Source: Candidatus Poseidoniaceae archaeon | GTDB lineage: Archaea; Thermoplasmatota; Poseidoniia; Poseidoniales; Poseidoniaceae | DNA length: 32,000 nt | Direction of reading: 5' to 3' | NCBI GenBank assembly: GCA_943789275.1 | Contig: CALSTM010000002.1 | Span: 150,001 to 182,000 of the forward strand | In this document: positions 8,983 to 15,754 of the stretch, in pieces | Layout: each line of letters begins with the position of its first letter | Position numbering within the stretch: the first letter of the stretch is position 1 | Position numbers and translations under genes: made by a program | Notes under the pieces: model-generated | Database searches by the model: none | What the model was told of the DNA's origin: nothing | What the model saw: the letters and a program-made list of their open reading frames with translations, nothing else

Positions 8983-10044
8983 TCATGTATTCAATGACTT
9001 TAATGCATTGACGATTCTAGAAGATCTTAATCTCTTCAAATCCTTTTCATTTAAGACTTCAATTACAAATCTTCTGCTGTATAGGTTGCGTGTTGCCAAT
9101 TCATCCTTAATGTCAAAATACGTTATTTCTTGAAAACCCGGTAAGTTGCAAACAAAATCTTGATCTGAAAAAGATTGTTTTTCTTTAGTAGACTCCTCAA
9201 AGGCATAAAAATGGTTATCATCAAACCCAACAACCAACAATGGCTTTTCCTTGTTATCTGCAAGACAAACAATTTTCCCGACAAGTGATGGATTGTTAGG
9301 CTTGCCTAGTTCACCCTTGTTATCTTTTGAAAATTTGATATGCGGAAGTTCTCGAATTTTACTTATATGGTCTTCAGAAAGCCTGCCGATGACAGAATTA
9401 ACCTGTTCCGATGATATAGTGATTGGTTTTGATTCAAGACTTAAATGAGTAATGTCATTTGATGGGAGTTCAGATGAAAAAAAAGTCAAACTGTTTAGAG
9501 AACCGTCAAGTATATCACACTCTGGTAAGATCAGTAAATTACCATTTTTCAACTTCCCAACAATTACGCCTAAGTTTAAATCTTCCAATCCGATATGTAT
9601 ACTAGAATCATGTTCATTCCTAACCCAACATATCAAGTCCCATCGACTAGCATTGTTTTGCTCTGTTCTATCTGAAGAAAACCATGACCTCATTGCACAC
9701 CTTGCTAATAAGTCCTCCAACCTATCTGGATTGAGTCGCCCTATTCTAGATTTAATCTTATCAGATTTCACTCCCTTAACAATTTCCAGTTGGAAATATG
9801 TTTCGTGTTTGATTGTTCTTGCATTCTCATGCTCAATGCAATACGGAGAAACTTCAAATGAGGTGAACATCTCATTCCTAACCAACAAATGTTCCGGAGT
9901 TGGATATGATGTACCACTTAAAACAGCAATAATTTCGTCTTGGTCTTCTAGCACAATTGCGGGATGTAAAGTGCCTTTCTCATCATTCTCAAATTCAAAA
10001 TCTATCCAAACCAAGTCACCCAAATCAAAGTCATCTTCCCGCAT
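8983..10044 (-). CDS. hypothetical protein with three tandem PemK/MazF-like (SH3-fold toxin) repeats
   Basis: Repeat 1, GDLVWIDFE..GTLHPAIVLE..IIAVLSGTS...IGRLNPDRLEDLLAR, parallels the MazF pattern GDI.W.DF..G.E..+.RPA.VLS...V.PITS...IG.L....L..I. Repeats 2 and 3 keep the terminal motif (VIGRLSEDHISKIRE; VIEVLNEKDLKRLR). ATG 10044 is preferred over TTG 10059, and TTTATGAAAA lies just upstream. Confidence 0.7.
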   Translation of the reverse strand: MREDDFDLGDLVWIDFEFENDEKGTLHPAIVLEDQDEIIAVLSGTSYPTPEHLLVRNEMFTSFEVSPYCIEHENARTIKHETYFQLEIVKGVKSDKIKSRIGRLNPDRLEDLLARCAMRSWFSSDRTEQNNASRWDLICWVRNEHDSSIHIGLEDLNLGVIVGKLKNGNLLILPECDILDGSLNSLTFFSSELPSNDITHLSLESKPITISSEQVNSVIGRLSEDHISKIRELPHIKFSKDNKGELGKPNNPSLVGKIVCLADNKEKPLLVVGFDDNHFYAFEESTKEKQSFSDQDFVCNLPGFQEITYFDIKDELATRNLYSRRFVIEVLNEKDLKRLRSSRIVNALKSLNT

Positions 10045-10327
10045 ATAATCATCTTCCAATTTTCATAAACCAATTCCAGGACCAGTCTACGGGGGGAACC
10101 TCAACCACGTGATCTGTATGCTAGTATCAGCCTTCCACTGCCGATAGTACTTAAAGAAATTGATAAGCATATTATAACAATTCACAAGGGGTTCTCCATA
10201 ACACCCACTGATTCATCCTGCCCATACACATGACCTTGCTATGGGCCATATTGAACCCTAGCGTTGTATAGGACGGACATTAGTTGGAAATGAGAAAGAT
10301 TATGTTGACCTTAGCATTGAGAATAGT

Positions 10328-11188
10328 ATGGCCGCAACCATTTCTCTGGCTAATTTGGCAATTGGCGTTCTCACTGGTACAGAAGATGTGCCTGGAAATA
10401 TTCTAGAACACATCAATCAAGAGAGCGTCTCAAATCTCGATTCGGCAGGGATGGTGTGGTTACTCAAATGGGTCACGGCATTCCCGGCCTCAAACGATAT
10501 AGAACATATTTTTCAGCACCATTTTTCACAGTACCTTGAGCAAACAGAAGATCCACATGTTCTAGCTCACATGTTGTTATATGCAGATACGGTTCATGAA
10601 AATCCTTCATTAAAGACAACGATTGAAAGGAGAATAAAACACACTAATCTTCAGCACAATCAACTAATTCAATCTGCTCGGCGCTCTATTGTATTAGACC
10701 GGAGGTTTGAAGACCTTTGTGATTCAATGCCTCCACCCGATGATAATGAGGGGTATGTAGAAGATTTGAAATGGTATTCAAATAATGATGATCCATTATT
10801 CATTGGTCCATCCTATCACAGACTTATTTCTTCAGCAATATGCCAGGCACTGAGTAAAAAAATTGTTTCGGATGAACACATCGATGCACTGGAAAACATT
10901 TCATCAACTGGAGTTGAAAACGCTCTTTGTGTTGCGCAATTGCATTATTGTAACCACAATCAAACTAGATGTTTTGAAATCATTCAAGATGTAATTGATA
11001 CTGTGCATGAATTGCCTAACAATGATTCAAGTCAAAAATATGCCGAGGATTTTCGAAAAGAATGGAGGTTGGCTCATAATAATCATCTTTCAACTCTGTG
11101 GCATCCTCGAAATTTACCATGGATGAAATCAAGGCCCATTGGATACTGGAGATTGGTTTTGGATTTGGAGGTTGCGAATAATGAGTAA
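10328..11188 (+). CDS. hypothetical His-rich, predicted all-helical protein
   Basis: 286-aa ORF with an ATG start. GATTATGT-like A/T box about 21 nt upstream. Its stop overlaps the start of the downstream nuclease gene (ATGAGTAA, 8-nt overlap). Confidence 0.65.
   Translation: MAATISLANLAIGVLTGTEDVPGNILEHINQESVSNLDSAGMVWLLKWVTAFPASNDIEHIFQHHFSQYLEQTEDPHVLAHMLLYADTVHENPSLKTTIERRIKHTNLQHNQLIQSARRSIVLDRRFEDLCDSMPPPDDNEGYVEDLKWYSNNDDPLFIGPSYHRLISSAICQALSKKIVSDEHIDALENISSTGVENALCVAQLHYCNHNQTRCFEIIQDVIDTVHELPNNDSSQKYAEDFRKEWRLAHNNHLSTLWHPRNLPWMKSRPIGYWRLVLDLEVANNE
11167..11172 (+). promoter_or_regulatory. Shine-Dalgarno GGAGGT for the GIY-YIG gene
   Basis: GGAGGT lies 8 nt upstream of ATG 11181, inside the 3' end of the preceding ORF. 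This fits translational coupling. Confidence 0.6.
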
Positions 11189-12260
11189 AAAATCACGTAA
11201 GATCCCAACTTGCGGAATTTGTGGGGAATCAGGCCATAGATCGCCCACCTGTCAAAAAGTAAAATCAATCATGTTAAAATGGGAGAAATTTGCCAGTGTT
11301 GAAGATTTTATAAAAGATCAATATCTTCTCAGCCCTATTAAAAATACCTCGAAATCGACGAAGGTTGGAGGAAAACGTGAAACACTGAGGTTTGGCAAAT
11401 GTCAAGGTTGGTACTCATTAGAAAGTGATTCTGGAGTGCATTACATTGGATTGGTTGGAGAAGTCAGCTCCAAAACGAAAATTCAGTCTAAAAACTCATT
11501 TTATGAGCGTTGGTTGGGCCACTACACGGATAGTAGAAGAAGCTGGCATGATAAGGGCGGATTTGGTGCAGGAAACAATGGAACTTGGCCGAGTGACCAT
11601 CTGAAAGATGGGAAATTACTTTCAAAAAATAAATACCAATTGTTGATTAGTAAGGTGAATAATATGGCAATTGATTACGATGAAACAAGGAAGAGAACTC
11701 CAAAGCCGAAATTTATTGTCCCAGGAGTTGAACAAGCTGCGCTGATAACAAATGTAGAACAATACATGATACATCGTTATGCAAATAATCCCGCCACTCG
11801 TAAGTTTAACAAAGATACTCCAAGCGTACTAGTTGATTCAGAGGGCACTAAAGTGAGTTTCAAACCAGATAAAGAGATTTTATTCAACACCAGTAACACC
11901 AAAACCATAAATAAAACACCACCTAATATCAGAGTCAGTATTTCGCCGAAAACTGGAGTAAACATGTCCCACTTGTGCGAATTAAACGATGAAGAGAGGA
12001 CAATGAACGATTACAAAAAGACATACAAAAAAGATCTAAAAAAGCCAGCAGCGGCTGAGAAAGCACCAGCAAAGAAATCACCAGCAAAGAAATCACCAGC
12101 AAAGAAAGCAATCAGTTCGAAAAAGAAAAATTTAACCAAAGTCCAAACTTTGCGAAAAGCGAGAGAAAAGAAACAGGATACTTGGTCTTGGAACGGAAAA
12201 AGAATGGGGAAAGTGGCTAATTATGTCATCAAGAAGGGGAAAAGAGTTGCAAAAAAATAA
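11181..12260 (+). CDS. CCHC zinc-knuckle / GIY-YIG nuclease (I-TevI-like) / AKKSP-repeat basic-tail protein
   Basis: CGICGESGHRSPTC fits CX2CX4HX4C. GWY-x9-YIG is followed by FYERWLGHY (compare I-TevI FEKRWKRHF), with later acidic residues (VEQAALITNVEQ). The C-terminus is KKPAAAEKAPAKKSPAKKSPAKK. I use ATG 11181 with its SD rather than the ORF-track start at 11139. Confidence 0.75.
   Translation: MSKKSRKIPTCGICGESGHRSPTCQKVKSIMLKWEKFASVEDFIKDQYLLSPIKNTSKSTKVGGKRETLRFGKCQGWYSLESDSGVHYIGLVGEVSSKTKIQSKNSFYERWLGHYTDSRRSWHDKGGFGAGNNGTWPSDHLKDGKLLSKNKYQLLISKVNNMAIDYDETRKRTPKPKFIVPGVEQAALITNVEQYMIHRYANNPATRKFNKDTPSVLVDSEGTKVSFKPDKEILFNTSNTKTINKTPPNIRVSISPKTGVNMSHLCELNDEERTMNDYKKTYKKDLKKPAAAEKAPAKKSPAKKSPAKKAISSKKKNLTKVQTLRKAREKKQDTWSWNGKRMGKVANYVIKKGKRVAKK
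12064..12108 (+). repeat. 3 x 15-bp tandem repeat CACCAGCAAAGAAAT inside the nuclease gene
   Basis: Copies lie at 12064-12078, 12079-12093 and 12094-12108, and the last base of the third copy differs. They encode the (S)PAKK repeats. Confidence 0.9.
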
Positions 12261-12265
12261 TTGAA

Positions 12266-12294
12266 TCTGTCTTTTTTAAAAAGCAAATCACAGA
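12266..12294 (+). terminator. putative terminator: T6 run within hairpin/palindrome
   Basis: TCTGT (12266-12270) pairs with ACAGA (12290-12294) around the palindrome CTTTTTTAAAAAG (12271-12283). It starts 6 nt after the stop at 12260. An oligo-T tract is the usual archaeal termination signal. Confidence 0.4.
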
Positions 12295-12366
12295 CTAAAA
12301 GTTCCTTCTTCAACAGTCCCTGTGTATGTATACGAAGCCATGAGTAGACTCAAACATGAGTGTTAA

Positions 12367-12437
12367 AAGGGGCCCCCTCGAAGCCGTATACGTGTACAAC
12401 GGTACCCATGTGAATGCAGACGTGCATAAGGGGGCCC
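12367..12437. repeat. structured repeat copy B (right island boundary)
   Basis: The core 12367-12406 is AAGGGGCCCCCTCGAAGCCGTATACGTGTACAACGGTACC. Next comes an ATGCA-GACG-TGCAT hairpin, then AAGGGGGCCC (12428-12437), which can pair with the first GGGGCCCC block. Confidence 0.8.
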
Positions 12438-12479
12438 GTTGTGTATAATGTTTGAATTTGACAATCTGGGATTGATATC

Positions 12480-13595
12480 TCACTCTACTTCTTGAAGTCG
12501 TGTGCCGTCTCCAAGAAGGCCAACACTGCAATCGTACCCGGGATTAATGCAATTGTTGATGATGAGGTCCATGATGTCCGGGTCCCATCCATTCATCCAG
12601 TCGCCATGCAAAGATGAGCCGCTCGGGTGTGATGCATTCATGTCTGATGAGAGATACCATGTGTCCGATGGACCGGTCTCTTCCGTGACCCAGAATGCAA
12701 ATTTGTACGATATTTCAGGAATGGCTACGGGGTGTGAGTCCGGGCAATATCCCGTGCCTGTGTTTGGTGCCTCAGCGAGGATAGGATAGGACATGTGGCT
12801 GCGCTGATTTTCTGAGGTGAGATTTTGTCCATCCCAACATTGTGGAAAAACGACCCTAAACTCGAGTAATTCACCTGGTTGACATTCAGGCAAATACGGC
12901 ACATGATCCATTGGATCTCCCTCATCGAATTGAGGAGAAGGAGCCTCCCAATGTTCGCAACGATACTTCGCACTTATCACGTCTTGCGGTTCTGGTCTGT
13001 CATGACCTGCAATCATCACCAAGCCTTCAGGTGGGGCTTGAATAAGCTCCGCAGGAATATGGTAGCCGCTTTTGTAGTAAAAGAGAGGTTCAACATATTC
13101 CAGCCTGGTTCCATCTGCTGAAAACAATGATGGCACCCAATAAGCGGCTTGATTCAAAGCCACTCCTTCGCAAGTCGTTTGATCTGTTGCGTTCCTCAGT
13201 TGTTCCGTCGTGGTGTTTGCATCCGTTTCAGGGAATCCAAAGAAAACATGCTCGTGAGCAGCCCCTGTTTGTCCGGGATATACGAGAGGGTCGTCATTGT
13301 TGACATGGGATTCTGTGCAGTGTGTACGAAAATTCCCGGTTCCGTCTTCGTTGATGTAGATGTTTTCATCAGAATAAATTCTGCCTGGCTGTAGGTCGAT
13401 CTCAGGAGGGGGGTTCGTCTTTACGAGATCGCTTTCATCCTCACCATCTTCGTCTCCCTCAAACCAATCGAAGGCATCAATGGCGATGATGCTTGCAACA
13501 ATCATTAGAAGAATAGAAAAGGACGTGATTTTGGTGCCGAAGAACTTCGCTGACGTAGCAACATCGACTTCTCGGAAATTCTCAGTTTCCTCCAC
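12480..13595 (-). CDS. DUF1996 domain protein with N-terminal membrane anchor
   Basis: The TM segment is ITSFSILLMIVASIIAIDAF. The motif FRTHCTESHVNNDDPLVYPGQTGAAHEHVFFG matches the DUF1996 signature (sH...DDPIv.PG....H.H.FFG). The start is GTG, with TTATCAAT (rc of 13617-13624) exactly 21 nt upstream. Confidence 0.8.
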   Translation of the reverse strand: MEETENFREVDVATSAKFFGTKITSFSILLMIVASIIAIDAFDWFEGDEDGEDESDLVKTNPPPEIDLQPGRIYSDENIYINEDGTGNFRTHCTESHVNNDDPLVYPGQTGAAHEHVFFGFPETDANTTTEQLRNATDQTTCEGVALNQAAYWVPSLFSADGTRLEYVEPLFYYKSGYHIPAELIQAPPEGLVMIAGHDRPEPQDVISAKYRCEHWEAPSPQFDEGDPMDHVPYLPECQPGELLEFRVVFPQCWDGQNLTSENQRSHMSYPILAEAPNTGTGYCPDSHPVAIPEISYKFAFWVTEETGPSDTWYLSSDMNASHPSGSSLHGDWMNGWDPDIMDLIINNCINPGYDCSVGLLGDGTRLQEVE

Positions 13596-13616
13596 GAGGC
13601 TCCCTCGTGTTGGTTA

Positions 13617-13624
13617 TTGATAAG
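13617..13624 (-). promoter_or_regulatory. TATA-like box (TTATCAAT on minus strand) for the DUF1996 gene
   Basis: 21-nt spacing to GTG 13595. Confidence 0.4.
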
Positions 13625-13790
13625 GTATCGTACATCTTGATTTCAGAATCAAGGAAATCAAAATTCCAACATAAGTTTCATGAAAATTGTTCATTAGCAT
13701 AATCCCGATATTGAGGATTTTCATTTGCCAATCTCCAAGGGCCTCTTCACTGACCCACGGAGATAAGATTCGAATTCACAAGGGTTCGCA

Positions 13791-13828
13791 GTGGGTCGTG
13801 TTCGACGCTAGCGTCTAAAATGACCCAC
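13791..13828. repeat. 38-bp imperfect palindrome GTGGGTC-N6-GACGCTAGCGTC-N6-GACCCAC
   Basis: The outer 7-mers and the central 12-mer are perfectly self-complementary; the 6-nt spacers are not. A third GACCCAC lies at 13752-13758. Confidence 0.85.
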
Positions 13829-13840
13829 GCAAAGCCCATT
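13809..13840. repeat. left arm of 32-nt inverted repeat flanking the lipoprotein gene
   Basis: TAGCGTCTAAAATGACCCACGCAAAGCCCATT matches the reverse complement of 15139-15170 at 31/32 positions. 13809-13833 is perfect against 15146-15170. Confidence 0.9.
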
Positions 13841-13961
13841 CAAACAGCATTCGCATTCGCATGGGTATTCGGATGAACCCTTACGAATTATCCGATTCGA
13901 ATTATTTGATACATTGAAATTAATAGAAACAACTAATTGATTAACTCACTAAAATTAATCT

Positions 13962-15116
13962 ATGCAGAAAATACCACTGATAATTTTTTTAATGATGATG
14001 GCCGTATCCCTTTCCGGATGCATTGGAGGAGAAGTTGAAACCAGCGATGGAGAAGAACTCATCTTGGAAGATACCGATGATTGGCCAACCTACCTTGTTC
14101 CAACTTCCGGAGATCTACCAGCCTGTGACGCGACCACACTCGGAAGGTTGTATTATGTTGAAGCAGAAACGAGTTTTCAAGCTTGCAGTTCATCTGGTTG
14201 GAACGTTATTGACTTTTCAACTCCCCTGAATCAAGCACCAAGAATTTCAGCAACCATCATGGCAGATGATGACGGACATAGCTTCTCGGAGGATTTGTCT
14301 GCAGAATGGATGTATGTTGGACAGTTGACTTGGTCTGCAGTTGACCCCGAAGGGGAAGCCGTTACGGTCGGAGTGGACCATGACCGAGACGGTACTGCCG
14401 ACATCATGCTTCCAAGAGCAGAGGGCTCAATAGTTGATGTTGCAGGCGGAATGCTGACGGTGCCATGGAACGGAAGTATTGTCAGCGAGAGGCTGGAGTT
14501 CCCCAACAGTTGTTACTTGGCGTTTACAAGAATGATCGATGTGATTTCAACAGATGCTTCAGGCATCTCAGCGTCGTACACCGTCCAAACCGGTGCCATA
14601 TCCTCAAATAATATATTCAGCAACATGTATTCTGCTGAAGATGTTGATTGGGTTGAAATGCTCTTTGAAAATTATGTTTCCCAAGACGATCTTGATTGGC
14701 TTGATGGAACTGCTACAGACTCGAATTGCGAGGCGGACTCTAACTCAGGACCCCAACTTAGCGTTTATGATTTCACAGCACAGGACTCCGGCGTTGCAGT
14801 GAGTTCAGCATCTGATGATGTTCTCTTTAGCATAACCTATCAACAAGGAAGCAGTTTAGGTTCAGAATTTTTGAAAATTACGCTTTCTGTAAATGGAAAT
14901 CAACCCGTGAACTGTTATGCATCTACGGGAATGGGGGATTGCAGCTATGAACTTTCAACTACAGGTGAAACGTTTTCCGTTGGGGCTTCAATCGTTGTAT
15001 CCGAGGATGGTACTGATCTATGCAATGAAGGTCATGACCCTTGCGAAATTTCCATTACGTTGGTAAACTCCGACACCAATGAAGTATTGGATAACATCAC
15101 CGTTGAAGTTGAATGA
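13962..15116 (+). CDS. secreted acidic lipoprotein / surface protein, function unknown
   Basis: The signal peptide carries a lipobox (MQKIPLIIFLMMMAVSLSGC). The mature part is very Asp/Glu/Ser/Thr-rich with paired Cys residues. Confidence 0.75.
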   Translation: MQKIPLIIFLMMMAVSLSGCIGGEVETSDGEELILEDTDDWPTYLVPTSGDLPACDATTLGRLYYVEAETSFQACSSSGWNVIDFSTPLNQAPRISATIMADDDGHSFSEDLSAEWMYVGQLTWSAVDPEGEAVTVGVDHDRDGTADIMLPRAEGSIVDVAGGMLTVPWNGSIVSERLEFPNSCYLAFTRMIDVISTDASGISASYTVQTGAISSNNIFSNMYSAEDVDWVEMLFENYVSQDDLDWLDGTATDSNCEADSNSGPQLSVYDFTAQDSGVAVSSASDDVLFSITYQQGSSLGSEFLKITLSVNGNQPVNCYASTGMGDCSYELSTTGETFSVGASIVVSEDGTDLCNEGHDPCEISITLVNSDTNEVLDNITVEVE

Positions 15117-15138
15117 AACGATATATTGTAGATTTTGC

Positions 15139-15170
15139 AATGGGTTTTGCGTGGGTCATTTTAGACGCTA
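15139..15170. repeat. right arm of 32-nt inverted repeat
   Basis: AATGGGTTTTGCGTGGGTCATTTTAGACGCTA, the reverse complement of the left arm with one mismatch. Confidence 0.9.
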
Positions 15171-15267
15171 CCCTTTGCTAGAGGCATAAGCAACGCCGCC
15201 ATGCACCAGCAGTAAATACAAAGATTCCAACAACAATTCTCAAAAGCCGTCTTTCATTCGTTGATGC

Positions 15268-15720
15268 ATGGATAGAGTCCGACTTAACGTTCAATTTGCC
15301 CGGCTCGACGATGAAGCACGACTTCCGACCCAAGGCTCTCCGCAAGCTGCTGGTTGGGATTTGTATGCACTTGAAGAGACAAGGGTCACCAAACAAAAAA
15401 GTTCCATGATTCGAACTGGACTTGCTGTAGCCATTCCAGAAGGATGGGAAGGGCAGATCCGATGTCGCTCCTCGCTTGGAAAAAAGGGCATGATCATGCC
15501 AAACGGTATCGGTACCATTGATTCTGATTACCGTGGAGAACTGATGGTTTTAGCGACATGGATCGGAGAAGGAAAGGAATTCATCGTGGCAAAAGGAGAA
15601 CGAGTTGCACAACTGCTTTTTGCTCCTGTACCACTGGTCACGATTCAAGAAACGAGCATGGAACAACTTGGTCAAACTGAGCGTGGTGTTGGCGGATTCG
15701 GTTCAACCGGCAAATTCTAA
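15268..15720 (+). CDS. dut: dUTP diphosphatase (trimeric dUTPase)
   Basis: Motifs AAGWDLYA, GTIDSDYRGEL, RVAQLLF and RGVGGFGSTG. Confidence 0.9.
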   Translation: MDRVRLNVQFARLDDEARLPTQGSPQAAGWDLYALEETRVTKQKSSMIRTGLAVAIPEGWEGQIRCRSSLGKKGMIMPNGIGTIDSDYRGELMVLATWIGEGKEFIVAKGERVAQLLFAPVPLVTIQETSMEQLGQTERGVGGFGSTGKF

Positions 15721-15754
15721 CGAGGCATGAATTGATGCTACAGTTCCGACTGGA

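Larger units (their letters stand above)
8896..12437. mobile_element. AT-rich ~3.5 kb inserted island bounded by 40-bp direct repeats (putative integrated or homing element; no integrase seen)
   Basis: The direct repeats 8896-8935 and 12367-12406 are 38/40 identical. Island DNA is visibly AT-rich: 9001-9060 has 18 G+C of 60, against 34 of 60 at 8401-8460. Cargo includes a GIY-YIG homing-endonuclease-like gene. Confidence 0.55.

Noticed and set aside
9452-10048. 198-aa plus-strand ORF antisense to the MazF-like gene.
   Set aside because: It is a Ser/Leu/Ile-rich, low-complexity shadow frame of an AT-rich gene. The opposite strand carries clear domain motifs.
8896-12437. CRISPR array, considered because of repeated palindromic GC-rich units.
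   Set aside because: There are only two copies about 3.47 kb apart with genes between them. There is no regular repeat-spacer periodicity and there are no cas genes.
12310-12531. 73-aa minus-strand ORF spanning repeat B.
   Set aside because: It overlaps the DUF1996 3' end out of frame, and most of it is the translated hairpin repeat. This is an implausible coding sequence.
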